Origin: a virus
Taxonomy: Duplodnaviria > Caudoviricetes
Direction: 5' to 3' (one strand)
Virus record (IMG/VR): IMGVR_UViG_3300020043_001303
Coordinates: 1 to 60,036 of that record
Length of the DNA stretch: 60,036 nt
The translations under genes were made by a program, and so were the position numbers. Of this stretch, positions 28,001 through 36,919 are shown in pieces; the stretch's first letter is position 1, and the number at the start of each line of letters is the position of its first letter. The notes below the pieces were generated by a model. The model was not told where the DNA came from. It worked only from the letters and a program-made list of their open reading frames with translations, and did not search any database.

Positions 28001-28840
28001 CTTACCGGTTTTCTCACCAGCAAGCACGCGCTCTAACGCACCAGCTCCGGGGAGGTAGCGGTTAGCCAGAATAGACAGGGCATAGCCTGAAGCACCGGCG
28101 GCTCGTGCAAGGTTGATTGTTTCTGCGGCAGCTTGCTCGGCAGGCATCTTCTTAGATAACTCTGCATAAATATCGTCGTATGCGCCAGCGCCAATATCCG
28201 CGCCCTGTTGAACAGCGCCAGTCTGTATAGCGGCTGTTGCACCAGATTTAATAGCAGCTTTTTTAGCGGCGGCTTCAGCGGCCTCTTTTGCCGTACCCTT
28301 GGCCAGTTCTTTGGCTAAGACACTACCAGAAGTAAGCGCGGCTGTACCACCACCTGTAATGGCGGCAGGGATAATCTGTGGAACTTGTTCAGCTAAGAAT
28401 GATGTCAATAGCGCTGGGTCAGAAACAGTCTCGCCAAGAGCCGTCTTAAATGCTTCAAACTGACCTTGCTTTTCTGCCTTGGCTACCTTCTCGGCACGGG
28501 CTTTCTCACGAGCCAGCAAAGACGCGGACTTCAAACCCTTTGCATATTCTTCAATCTCTTGGCCTGCGCCTAACGCGCCTGTCTTAGAAAAATCGCCTGT
28601 GGCCAAGCCGTAGAGCTGGCCGGGAAGTTGGACAAGACTGCCGATACCGCCCAGACCAGCCGCACCAACATCTGAAAATGCCTCACCCAAAGAACGTTCT
28701 GGAATTTTAGGCGCGGCAGGTTTAGCGGCAGGCTTTTGATCCTGCATGTGGGTTGTGTAAGCCCATTGCCACGCTGTATTCTCATCCGGTGCTTCAACTT
28801 CGTATTTAGCGCCTTCAACGTTTACAGCAAATTTAGCCAT
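22019..28840 (-). CDS. giant internal virion/ejection polyvalent protein with zincin domain and LPD38-like C-terminus
   Basis: 2273 aa, last gene of structural arm; ILHELTHAA...EFIAYA; Gly/Ala-rich N-terminus. Confidence 0.75.
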   Translation of the reverse strand: MAKFAVNVEGAKYEVEAPDENTAWQWAYTTHMQDQKPAAKPAAPKIPERSLGEAFSDVGAAGLGGIGSLVQLPGQLYGLATGDFSKTGALGAGQEIEEYAKGLKSASLLAREKARAEKVAKAEKQGQFEAFKTALGETVSDPALLTSFLAEQVPQIIPAAITGGGTAALTSGSVLAKELAKGTAKEAAEAAAKKAAIKSGATAAIQTGAVQQGADIGAGAYDDIYAELSKKMPAEQAAAETINLARAAGASGYALSILANRYLPGAGALERVLAGEKTGKGILRGAVSGAIKETPSENVEEVGGRLAQNIAARAAGLDRDLTSGLGETAAMATLGAAGMGGITGIVGGRQTDEQIRDEVLRQETLKQREEEQKKREETDLLVDDAKAAASKEAKTEGKPSVIDTEFEEVPLGTVSEQAPQDIAEVQRSPQIMGMQAEYDKRDAEIKEMESRGTTLTDSERGLLTGKRKKNEKLKAKIDDALSKVAPKGAEDAAKLISQTAGESTTLPPQSAVDVSATAGAGEAKRDGMVSTGPDATGVAEGKGTEPATVSTGEALGTQTTQAQQTEAQGQKQPAAPAVKTAAQQDEDLLNNLFGDDGLPSVGTARRTQAQIAKDEQIAALGKRYGLTQRDGEGQQAFGQRIRAAIAFEKERETQPLSAVGEQTIAGQELKQEKSYIPPQEQRDLYEETRQEYNATLEEGVEPLPAYKELKDDERRVYFRDNIRQNNQVEHDKAVQALADYRDSRKAAEGTFEGEAKARESYNRERSAFSQKTGLSYEFPFWGDLSPEARKAYADVNKTDTVLEQDMAFRAVKKQVQKDLAAKSSRESLQESESRATQEMLAAGERARKSQPAGKGQVLPLDILKKLARGDIQGVLEYLSTQGHGLKLKRGYEMQRVKTGKTDKQGNPTYVMRRKVINIRDSVAMGVFRALAGKLANIADLKVNVVFDKNMVHEQIAKYDANTNTLYVGPYGLDEATILHELTHAATVKIIHQFFTDKTKLDPRVAASVERLVDIASAAKAKLGDKYPNAFDNLYEFIAYAMTDAEFQNELAGIQIPRLAFATAKTGQQSEELQLERETGVREGSYDSMFDNLWDYFTGTLAFMYKLFRPEQTREKILMPTEKTGAPKKPTEGKTIAPREQKEKRELDLAEKEALAPESLFDSPEEAEVAEIPPLKDELVNERGVTNLRREILRSPGYKGNLLLEAAAAFQDILAAPEGGIERLAGKEGIEAASELSAKATGAAAPTTQKAKNKVDVTTEEAVKRNEIPETSGINALRRLFTTRQGGMNLVTKFQNARYAIKNWEDGLTRAGKIIFSGDKLNNIYTQIALAASRAKDLYLTRVNTPASEMQSAIGAYAKASGLTSKEATERLHVYLMGLHEGERRDVKYMMNVPLSNDKILKVGKEVMSPAEFRQRIMDEVLSGKLTKTQIETARTALNNVVAKYVDPTGSSPNGYKSVDRNNEEYNVIGGYTPKSIQNFIDSYENDPNKKEVDKVIRAMQDLQEATKELNKEANYWSAPVQSVVDFYNWDNYVPFAGKEKYTNEADQMLDFNSKRLGREHQEVQNPFEGRETDADNSIIQSLTDATRAAMRAGRKDVTLAIKNAVEKDKDGNQLLSGKVIKNIPFADRYKSLNLAEEKKENVIFHYNKDGSIDVIEIYDKAQRNAIRRTYEQSQPIIDMLNHITSGVGQMHTRYNVAFAPVNFFRDALTNAYTIGVEMGPKAAAQFIGAIATDVASGGLFRAAKVASLYENGKFDQIKAMANKSDYVRDMLEYIEQGGKVSYLAGLSSKGQFKELQKSLDRTGILKTKDQIDKFVDIWTDMFELASRTAAYRIAKSQALAENLSPAEAQTKAAAYAKGLANFEQVGEWGRAAGAAFMFFRPAATGAVRAIESLGPMLRDPEEALKELPEYIQKDKVARAEFLKKYNDQKKAATAMTLGLLGMGSAIYLMSMALSDDDDLGRNRTATDDANRWSRYARFHIPGMETPIQIPWGFGLGAFASAGAQVMALGTGNSSVKDALSNIVTTGLDSFLPLPVSRINPIDNFPAWAMDSATPSVARPFLEWVMNIDGLGREIYNNRQSRYGDAYTGGDRIPELYKTAARTLADITGGAVDWSPNTMYFFANNYGDGLMRLAQTGYNFGLLAAGEKAFNPKTDTVFFDSFFGAPSNYDARQFSEVEKKILAKQQRLNMFREANPEAYAKYVEKNPMDEFLVEHYNKVVNQDLKKLREEANIYRRMPGLSPKDRNEAVKNIVNFQNLVKRGIIEDFKMMGVEP

Positions 28841-30582
28841 CAGCCAATCCTTTTAACAGCGTCCTTGGGCGGAGGAGGTATGTTAGTAGCTCCAGCCATT
28901 CCGCTACCTATCTTACTGGTAGCATACGCGGCCATTTTAGCTTGTTGCTCACTAAGTTGGTCAGCTATTTTTTCACGTTTAGCTTCATCTGTAGTGGCCA
29001 TCATTTGTAAATCAAGCATTCCCTTCATCTTGCTCATTCTCTGCCACTCAGGGTCTTTATTAAGCAATGCCTCATTCTGTAATTGCAGTTTGGCTAGGAA
29101 TTGATTTTGGTCTTGAATACGTCGAGCTTTTCTTTCTTCCAGCATAGCGGCGGCGCTTTGAGCACGACCAGCGGCGGCGTCTTTTGAAGCTTGTAAACGA
29201 GCCGCATTAGTTGCGTCAGTAGCAACTAAGCTAGTTGCACTAGTAGCTGCGGCGCGGCGGCGTGCATCAACTTCTTTGTATGCGGCCATGCCTTCTTTGA
29301 CCAACTCTTTGTTACCGCTAATTTTGGCATCAGTGATGACATCGCGTAAACGATCCAACTCGTCAGCGTACTTCATGTCTTGTTCAGCGTAAGCTTCGCG
29401 TGCTCTTGTAGCACCAGCGCCCATTTGACCCAGCACCATGCCAGCGCCACCACGGATAGGAGCACCGCTGAGAGCTTGCAGACCTTTGACCCATTCAGGA
29501 GTACGGGCAGCTTTAGCGGCTTCAATAGCCGCAGCGCGAGAGTCAATACGCCCTTGCTTTTCAGCAAGAAGCGCATCAAGACCAAGAGTTTTCTTAGTCC
29601 AGTCAACTGCTTTTTGGCGCTCGTCTTCAGGCTTGATTCCAAGTTCGCCACGCAAGTAAGCTTCTGTAATACCGCGCAAGCTAGTTGGATCAACTTTTTC
29701 TGTAGCTGGTTGCGCAGGGCCATTACCAATACCGACGTTAGTTCTAGTAGAAGAGGGCGCGGCAGGAGCAACTGCTTGGTTAGGTTGCAAAGCAGGGTTT
29801 GTATTTTGACCTGTTTCCGCACGCGAAGCGGCTAAAGCCAAGAGTTTTTGAGTTTCAGGATTAGCATCTGCGGTTGCTTGCTGCTTCTGCTTTTGCTGCA
29901 TTTCTCCGCTTGTTGGGCTACGCAACATATCCGTAAATGGGGTTGGGCTAAACCTGAATTTATTACCAACTTGATCGTCTGTTTGTGTATTGATGTTTTC
30001 TCCAGTCAAAGCACTACCGACACGATTTAAGAAACGTTCTAAACCTGTACCAGCGTCTGCGGCCAAGTTATATCCAGCGGCTACCGGCAGTTGGACAATA
30101 TCAGCTAACGCTGCTGGGAACCCAAGAAGCGCCCTACGATCTTCTTCACGCTGTTTGGCTTTTTCAGCATCTTTGTCTTCAACCTTGCTTCCTTTAGTAC
30201 CATCAAACGCAACAATACCGCCGTTGGCGTAGTTCGTACCAAGGTTAGAAACTAATCGATCAATACTGCCGCCGCTGGCCGCCATTACAGGGCGTTGCAT
30301 CATCTGCTGTGGCACTGCTGCGGGTTGGGTTTGCGCTTGCATACCACCAACAATCTGTTTCAGTTTATCCATAACAGTTTGCTGAGCGCCACCAGCTTGC
30401 ATGGCTTGTTGGCCTGCGAAAGCATTACGCAACTCAGCGATCTTTTGAAGCGCAATTGCTTCTTCCAGATCAGCGGGGATAGACCCCGGAGGCTGTTGTT
30501 TTTGCGCTTGCTGAAGGTTTGCTGCCAAAGGCTGTGGATTGCCTTTGTACGTATCTACTAATTGGTCGATTCCGCCGTTCAT
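28840..30582 (-). CDS. internal virion/ejection protein
   Basis: 580 aa, Ala/Gln-rich helical, position before giant protein. Confidence 0.7.
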   Translation of the reverse strand: MNGGIDQLVDTYKGNPQPLAANLQQAQKQQPPGSIPADLEEAIALQKIAELRNAFAGQQAMQAGGAQQTVMDKLKQIVGGMQAQTQPAAVPQQMMQRPVMAASGGSIDRLVSNLGTNYANGGIVAFDGTKGSKVEDKDAEKAKQREEDRRALLGFPAALADIVQLPVAAGYNLAADAGTGLERFLNRVGSALTGENINTQTDDQVGNKFRFSPTPFTDMLRSPTSGEMQQKQKQQATADANPETQKLLALAASRAETGQNTNPALQPNQAVAPAAPSSTRTNVGIGNGPAQPATEKVDPTSLRGITEAYLRGELGIKPEDERQKAVDWTKKTLGLDALLAEKQGRIDSRAAAIEAAKAARTPEWVKGLQALSGAPIRGGAGMVLGQMGAGATRAREAYAEQDMKYADELDRLRDVITDAKISGNKELVKEGMAAYKEVDARRRAAATSATSLVATDATNAARLQASKDAAAGRAQSAAAMLEERKARRIQDQNQFLAKLQLQNEALLNKDPEWQRMSKMKGMLDLQMMATTDEAKREKIADQLSEQQAKMAAYATSKIGSGMAGATNIPPPPKDAVKRIG

Positions 30583-30594
30583 ATTATTTCCTTA

Positions 30595-33324
30595 TCAGCC
30601 AATGCCTAATTTTTTCAGTGCCGCTTGCAGATCAGCGAAGCTTGTATTACTTGTAGATGGCAACATTCCAGCTACGCCACCAGCGCCTGAAAGAATCTGT
30701 TGTAGTGTACTAGGTTGTGCAACGTTATACGACTGCGCAGCCAACGGCAAACCCTGTAACAGTGATTGCTGAAACTGAACCATCTTGTAAGGGTTAGAAC
30801 GCGCTTCTTCAAACTGCGCTTTGTCTGCGGCAATGCCTTCAGACTCGATACCGCGCTGTACGTTACCGGCTTCCATCTGAGCGGCAAGATTAGCCAGACC
30901 AGCTTGATTCTGCTGTAAGCCAAGTTGACCCTGAGCTTGTGCTCCTTGCAGGCCAGTCTGCAAACCTTGCAATCCGTATGTAGCACCGAACTGAGCTTCT
31001 TGAGCTTTACGTGCTTGGTCAGCGTTGAACTGCGCCATAGCTTTGTCGTATGCAGTGCTGTAGCCTTGACCGGTAATATTGGCCAAGTTAGATGCCAAAG
31101 TACGCTGTGTTTCTGCATCAAGAATGGCTTGACGGCCACCACCAAATGCGCCTGCGGCAGTCATCTTGGCAGCGTTGCCCTGCTGTGTGAGCTGTGATTG
31201 ACGACGAGCCTCTTCCAACTGAGGCTTGAGCGCCGACTCCAAGTACGGGTTCATGTATGACGCAGCTTGCGTAGCATCAAACGAAGACGTGGCAGGCGTG
31301 TAAGTCAGACCCTTTGCTGTATTTGCAATGTCACCAGCAGTGCCAGCCGCAGTGCCAATACTTGTTGGTGTAGTCAGACCTGTCGCAGTTTGGAACGCGC
31401 CCGTTTGCAGTGGCGATGCGCCAGCAGTCAAAGGACCTGTGTATGCCTGATATGGCAAGTTAGCCAGAGCTTGGCCTTGGCCGAGCATGCCGCCCACATA
31501 AGGACCGACCCAGTTAGACAAGTTAGATTCTGTGCCTGTAGCGCCAGCACTAATAGCTGAGCCTACGCCTGTAGCGCCACCAGTCTGAAACTTCTTAACA
31601 CTGCCACCCGCAGCGTACTTAGACGAAGCCAAACCACCGGGCATGAACTTATCGGGGTTGATCTTCTTGCCTTGTTTCTTCGTGCCAGTGCGTGCCATAC
31701 GAATCTTATCCATCATTTGATAAAGCTTTTTAGCACCGGCATCGGAGTTGCCGTTACCCATGTGAGACACAACGTCAGCAGGAATAACAAACTCGCCGTG
31801 GCTTAAAGCGGCGGGCTGATCTGCACCAATTTGTGCTGGAAGTTTATCAGCCATACCATCTGTTTGGCCTTGCAAATAACGACCTTTTGCCATAGCAATC
31901 TCTCCGCCTTCTGCATAACCAGCTTGGCTTTTGATGTAATTCCAATCTTCATCTTTAATCGTGCCGTATTGCTTGGCGGCGGCTTCACGCAGTTGAGCGT
32001 CAGTAAAGCCTGCGTCACGTTGTGCGTCATACAGTTTAAAGATGTCGGTCTCAGTCATGCCAGCAGTAGACTTGGGCAGTTGTGGCGTGTATGCGGCTTC
32101 TAATGCTGTTTTACCAGCGTCAGTAGTAAGAAACTTTTGCGCCGCAGCAATATCGGCATCAGAAACACCAAAATCTTCTTTTGCTTTTGCACGAGAAAAC
32201 TCTTCCAAATAATTGGGAGTCGCCGTATCGCGTTTCTGATCTTCAATATATTTGTTGATGTTGTTGTAGTATGCATCCACGCCCATACCATTCAACAAAG
32301 CCTCTTGATAACCTTTAGACAGCGTAGTGCCAGTCAAGGCTTCTTTAATATCGCCCGTGCTTACGCCAGACGTTTTAATGGCGTCTTGAATCTGCTTAGC
32401 CGTGGCGTAAGGATTGTCTTGAATAAACTTTGTAATGCCAGCAGTCTGCTGAGCATTGGCCTCTTTCAAGCCCATACCATGTGACAACGCATAGATGTCC
32501 GCGGCAGACAAAGCTTTGTTTGCGCCCAGAGCAGTCTGCAAGTCAGTCTGCGACACTTTGAACTTAGACATAGCAGCGTCAAGGTCTGCTTTGCTCATGT
32601 TAGGGTTGTCTGCAATCCACTGATTGATGGAGTTCAAATACTGCTGAGGGGTAAGGCTCTTGCGCCAATTCTCAACCGCCAACGCATCTTTTTGCGTTTG
32701 GGTAAGCCCAGTAATACCGCCAGTGTTTGTACCGCCCGTATTTGTAACATTGGTATTGCCAGTAACAATGTTTGAAATGTTTGTAGGAACACCGCTGTTA
32801 TTTGTGCCAGACAAATTAGTCCAAGGATCAGTGCCAGTAGCCAAACGTGAATAAGTTACATCACCGCCGTAGTTGATACCACCTTGGCCGGGGCGACGAG
32901 GAGAACCGTCTGGGTTAGTTGTAGGCGGTGCAGTCAGCATTGTGCGTGAAGCGCCCATGAGCGGAATACCACCTTGGTATCCCGTAGGAGTTGTTTTAGC
33001 ATTCATTGCGCCCAGCAAACCAGCCAAGCCACCACCCACAGCGCCAAGGGCTTGCAAGTTCAAATTGCCGCTCTTATCTGTAAAGAGACCCTTTACAGTA
33101 TTAAGCAACGCACTAGGGTTCTCGTAAGTATTTGTAAGACCTGTACCAGTGTATGCGCCGGGCATAACGTAGTTGTTAGATGTGTTGCCAGCAGGAGCGT
33201 TATCCCCACCAGTATCGGCGTTAATCAAGTACCGAAGGTCAGGCGTGCTTACTGTGCTCAAATTGCTTGAGTTGTCGGGGATAGTAGTGCCAAACTCTTC
33301 ACCGTACTTTGTTGGATCAGCCAT
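30595..33324 (-). CDS. internal virion/DNA-transfer (pilot-like) protein
   Basis: 909 aa; G.TDGMAD..PA...LSHGEFVIPADVV domain; YMNPY...AGAFGG.RQ Gln/Gly-rich C-terminal half. Confidence 0.7.
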   Translation of the reverse strand: MADPTKYGEEFGTTIPDNSSNLSTVSTPDLRYLINADTGGDNAPAGNTSNNYVMPGAYTGTGLTNTYENPSALLNTVKGLFTDKSGNLNLQALGAVGGGLAGLLGAMNAKTTPTGYQGGIPLMGASRTMLTAPPTTNPDGSPRRPGQGGINYGGDVTYSRLATGTDPWTNLSGTNNSGVPTNISNIVTGNTNVTNTGGTNTGGITGLTQTQKDALAVENWRKSLTPQQYLNSINQWIADNPNMSKADLDAAMSKFKVSQTDLQTALGANKALSAADIYALSHGMGLKEANAQQTAGITKFIQDNPYATAKQIQDAIKTSGVSTGDIKEALTGTTLSKGYQEALLNGMGVDAYYNNINKYIEDQKRDTATPNYLEEFSRAKAKEDFGVSDADIAAAQKFLTTDAGKTALEAAYTPQLPKSTAGMTETDIFKLYDAQRDAGFTDAQLREAAAKQYGTIKDEDWNYIKSQAGYAEGGEIAMAKGRYLQGQTDGMADKLPAQIGADQPAALSHGEFVIPADVVSHMGNGNSDAGAKKLYQMMDKIRMARTGTKKQGKKINPDKFMPGGLASSKYAAGGSVKKFQTGGATGVGSAISAGATGTESNLSNWVGPYVGGMLGQGQALANLPYQAYTGPLTAGASPLQTGAFQTATGLTTPTSIGTAAGTAGDIANTAKGLTYTPATSSFDATQAASYMNPYLESALKPQLEEARRQSQLTQQGNAAKMTAAGAFGGGRQAILDAETQRTLASNLANITGQGYSTAYDKAMAQFNADQARKAQEAQFGATYGLQGLQTGLQGAQAQGQLGLQQNQAGLANLAAQMEAGNVQRGIESEGIAADKAQFEEARSNPYKMVQFQQSLLQGLPLAAQSYNVAQPSTLQQILSGAGGVAGMLPSTSNTSFADLQAALKKLGIG

Positions 33325-33325
33325 T

Positions 33326-34741
33326 TTATTTTCCTTTGTTCCCGCCAAGGGACAGTAGTTTGTAAGCAATGTCTTGCCCAAACAATTCTTCCATCAATTT
33401 TATGTCAGCATACGGGTCTTGGCTAGCCGCTTGTTGCATACCGCCTAAGCCTAAGTTTGCCAAAGCCTGCTGCGTGGTTTGAGTACCCGCTGGTGTAACT
33501 GTTTTGGTCCCGCCGGGCGTGACTGTTTTAGTCGGCGTGATAGTTTGCAAAATGTCTTCAATCTTGGTGTCAAGGTCAAGCTTGTCGATCTGGTCTGGCG
33601 TAATGAAGTCAGGGATGTCAGACACAATGTCTTTGGTACGTATGCCGGGTACATCCGTTTTGGGACGATCGTCCGTGATTGTCATTTCTGGAATGTCTTC
33701 TTCCACGGTCTGCATGATGTCAGGCGTTCCAAGGATGTCAACCAAAGAGCCGGGGCGTTTTGCCACAGTCTCCAATTCAGGGATGTCTTCTCCCTGCGTA
33801 AACACAGAAGTGCCGCCATCAACGGCATAAGGAGACAACATACGAAGCAAAGAGTCAATATTCTCTGGCTCTTCACGAACAGTCATTTCACCTGTAGTCG
33901 GGTCAATGTATCCTTCACCACCGGGTTGGAAGTAGCCTTCAATAAAGTCTTCTGGGTTGGCTTCAAAACCCGCAAGGGAGGACTTCAAACTGCCGCCCTT
34001 ATCGCCCGCTAAGCCCTTGATTGCATTGAAGATTTGGCGCTCATCACCACTTGCCAGAGCCTGCGCTGTGCCAACGTTCTTAAACACGTCACCAATAGAC
34101 ATGCCTGTATCACCAATTTGCGTGCTACCAACGTAAGGTGACGCCAGATTTGCAGCGCCCGCTAGGGTTGGGTTTTCTGCAAACTTAAGCGCCTTAACTG
34201 CATCGCTAACTGTAAACCCAGTATCGCCTAACTGCATGCCGCCTGCGCCCGCAGCACCACCAAGCAAAGCGCCTTTGAGAATGTCTTGGTCTGTAAACGC
34301 GGCATTTGCCCCGCCCAATAACGCACCGCCTGCACCAGCAGCAGCATTGCCAGTCAAACCAAACAAGCTATTACCCAGCATCCCAGCACCGCCACCCATT
34401 GTGGCTGCGCCCATGATAATTGGGCCCAGAACATCCCAATCTGTAGTTTGTTTTTCAACGTGGACTAGATTGCCAGAGGTATCGTAGAAATAATTCTTGT
34501 TACCTTCAGACCTTTGAAACCCGCCAAGCTTGTCTTCTGGTTCCGCATAGATGGGTGTGGCGTTTTCACCTTGGCCTTCGTAGCCAATAATCTGCGGTTG
34601 GTTTTCATACGCAGTCCAGCCGTCGCCCAACTGAACGGGGATGTAGTCAATGATGTCGCCTTGTTCGGTTTGCGTGACACGCTGCTCCATCGCGCCTTTT
34701 TCGCCGTACAGAGCTTTAAGTTCGTCTAAGGATAGTGGCAT
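33326..34741 (-). CDS. putative internal virion protein
   Basis: 471 aa acidic with Gly-zipper hydrophobic segment. Confidence 0.6.
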   Translation of the reverse strand: MPLSLDELKALYGEKGAMEQRVTQTEQGDIIDYIPVQLGDGWTAYENQPQIIGYEGQGENATPIYAEPEDKLGGFQRSEGNKNYFYDTSGNLVHVEKQTTDWDVLGPIIMGAATMGGGAGMLGNSLFGLTGNAAAGAGGALLGGANAAFTDQDILKGALLGGAAGAGGMQLGDTGFTVSDAVKALKFAENPTLAGAANLASPYVGSTQIGDTGMSIGDVFKNVGTAQALASGDERQIFNAIKGLAGDKGGSLKSSLAGFEANPEDFIEGYFQPGGEGYIDPTTGEMTVREEPENIDSLLRMLSPYAVDGGTSVFTQGEDIPELETVAKRPGSLVDILGTPDIMQTVEEDIPEMTITDDRPKTDVPGIRTKDIVSDIPDFITPDQIDKLDLDTKIEDILQTITPTKTVTPGGTKTVTPAGTQTTQQALANLGLGGMQQAASQDPYADIKLMEELFGQDIAYKLLSLGGNKGK

Positions 34742-34742
34742 G

Positions 34743-34991
34743 TTAGACCTTGATCTTTAGGCTGTCGTCAGCCGTGTCTCGATACACCTCGCCTACACGC
34801 AGGTTAGCCAAGTCAGCATCTGTTGGCAGGGTATCAATGTTAATGTTTAGCTGCGCAATGTTTAGCGGCTGCACAGCGTTTATACGCTGGAAGAACAAGT
34901 TCAACACGTTCAGCATCTGACCCATGTAGACCGCATCGTACTCTTGCGGAGGAGCCGGTAGGCGTGGTGGCGAATCGCTGAACAAGCTCAT
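34743..34991 (-). CDS. hypothetical tail-associated protein
   Basis: P.LP.PP.EYD..Y...L..L.L.F motif; follows tail tube gene. Confidence 0.6.
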   Translation of the reverse strand: MSLFSDSPPRLPAPPQEYDAVYMGQMLNVLNLFFQRINAVQPLNIAQLNINIDTLPTDADLANLRVGEVYRDTADDSLKIKV

Positions 34992-36910
34992 GTGTTGCCT
35001 CTTCGTCCATCTGTTTTAATGTCAATACGAGGTGCACCCAACTGCCACGTAGTGCCAATCTGGGTAGATTCCATCTGGAATATTAACTGACGGCCACGGA
35101 CACGGATGTACACCTGACCTGTAAACTCTTCTACCGGCGCGGTGGCAATACGTTGAATTGAAGCGTTGCTTGTGCCGGCTGTAGAACGTGGATCGTTAGC
35201 GCCTGAACCTGAGTTCTGATACGGGATCAGAGTCATAGTGCACTGAGGTGTACCGCTTGTAGAGCCACGGAATGTCAAGTCAGGCAGGACACGCCAGATA
35301 AAGCCAAAGTTATGACCGTCGTCAATGTCAAACTCGGATGAAGCAATTAAAGCCTCAATAGGCGCAGTGGTTGCTGTAGAGTTGTCGTCTACGCCAACCT
35401 CATGGAAGACCAAGTTATTGATGTACGTGGCCGCAATCGGGTAGTTCAACAAGCCTGAATCAAGCCACGCAGATCGTGCCATCGTGCCGTAGTACCAGAT
35501 GTCTTCAAGGTAGTTGTAAACCACATACTTGTCTACGGTGTTGCTACCGGCAGAACAATAGAACCACCAAGCCTCATTAAAACCTTCATTGGTTCCGGCA
35601 AACACTTGAGATGCCTGCGTTAAGTTAATGTCGCTAAAAATGTGCTGGCGCAGGTCACAGCGCAAAGTTTGTACACGGCCATCGTATTTGTAGAACTTGT
35701 CTACACCCATCCAATACACCACGCCGGAAGCTAGGCAGGTTGCGTTAGGGCCAATAATTGATACATTGTCGCCAAGTAATTGAGAAGACCAAACGGCAGG
35801 TGGCCCAACATATTGCAAAGAATACACCGCAGAATCTGTAAACACCACAATCTCTTGACGGGCTTGGATAGCAGTCACAATCTCAGAGCCATGCGATAAC
35901 TGTAAACTGCCCGCTTGGTTAGTGGCCGCAGGCGTCCATGTCAGGAAGTCTTCTTGATCCGACCAGCGAACCAACATGGGGTTTAACGTAGATGAGCTGT
36001 AGTCATCACAACCAAATGCAAACACAAAACGGCTTGCGTCCGATACAAATATAGACAAAACAACTGACGGCACATCTGCATCAGCACCCATAATGCCAGA
36101 TACCAAAACACCACGGGTGGTCAATGAGCCGGTCGCATCCCAATAGTACAAGCCGCCACCACGAGGTGCAAACAACAAGTCTTCGCCAAAGTTGGACTGA
36201 CTCCATAGGCGAATTGATGAATTGATTAATGCACCAGTGCCCCAAGCTCCCGCACCCCAAGCACCTGCGCCCCAGCCTGTAAGTGGAACTGCAAACTCAG
36301 GGCCAACGTTGATTTGATACGCAGCAACGACGGACGCACCACCACCGGGAGAGCCAGAAGCATCCGTAGCGTTGGCAGTTGCAGAAGCCGTAAAGGTATA
36401 TGTATTTGCGTCGACGACCGTGATCTGATATTCAGCGTTTAAAACAGTAGCCGTGATGTTTCCACCAAGGCCTGTAGCTCCGCTAAAAGTCACAAAGTCG
36501 CCCGTTACACCACCGTGTGCAGTGTCAGTAACCGTAATGGTGGCGGAGCCATTTGTAGCTACAAACGGATTGTTGTTGATTGTGCTACTGGCGCGGATTG
36601 GCGTAATGTCGTTGTACGCACCACCACTCTCAATGTAAAACTTTAGGTTAGTACCTACGCCAACTAGATTGACATTTAATAGCGTTACCCAATTCCACAA
36701 TGATCGGCATACACCTAAAAATGTATACGCAGAAATACGCTGCCAGCCGCCAATCTTTTCAGGGGTTCCAGAACGGAAACGCACCTTTTCAGACTCGTAC
36801 CAACCACCTGCTACGTTCGTGCCAGAATTGACAGACCCTAAAGCCTCGGATGCGTACCGTGTATTTTCCCGGTTAACGCCGGGTCGAAACAGAATCTTTT
36901 TTAGCGGCAT
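34988..36910 (-). CDS. tail tubular/nozzle protein (P22 gp10 / T7 gp12-like)
   Basis: 640 aa beta-rich; PG.NRE.T.Y...W....KVRFR.G.PEKIGGW; VRWSDQED; RVRGRQ. Confidence 0.7.
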   Translation of the reverse strand: MPLKKILFRPGVNRENTRYASEALGSVNSGTNVAGGWYESEKVRFRSGTPEKIGGWQRISAYTFLGVCRSLWNWVTLLNVNLVGVGTNLKFYIESGGAYNDITPIRASSTINNNPFVATNGSATITVTDTAHGGVTGDFVTFSGATGLGGNITATVLNAEYQITVVDANTYTFTASATANATDASGSPGGGASVVAAYQINVGPEFAVPLTGWGAGAWGAGAWGTGALINSSIRLWSQSNFGEDLLFAPRGGGLYYWDATGSLTTRGVLVSGIMGADADVPSVVLSIFVSDASRFVFAFGCDDYSSSTLNPMLVRWSDQEDFLTWTPAATNQAGSLQLSHGSEIVTAIQARQEIVVFTDSAVYSLQYVGPPAVWSSQLLGDNVSIIGPNATCLASGVVYWMGVDKFYKYDGRVQTLRCDLRQHIFSDINLTQASQVFAGTNEGFNEAWWFYCSAGSNTVDKYVVYNYLEDIWYYGTMARSAWLDSGLLNYPIAATYINNLVFHEVGVDDNSTATTAPIEALIASSEFDIDDGHNFGFIWRVLPDLTFRGSTSGTPQCTMTLIPYQNSGSGANDPRSTAGTSNASIQRIATAPVEEFTGQVYIRVRGRQLIFQMESTQIGTTWQLGAPRIDIKTDGRRGNT

Positions 36911-36919
36911 TGGCAACCT

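Noticed and set aside
22019-28840. Virion RNA polymerase (N4- or crAss-like)
   Set aside because: No DxDGD or T7-type polymerase motifs were recognised.
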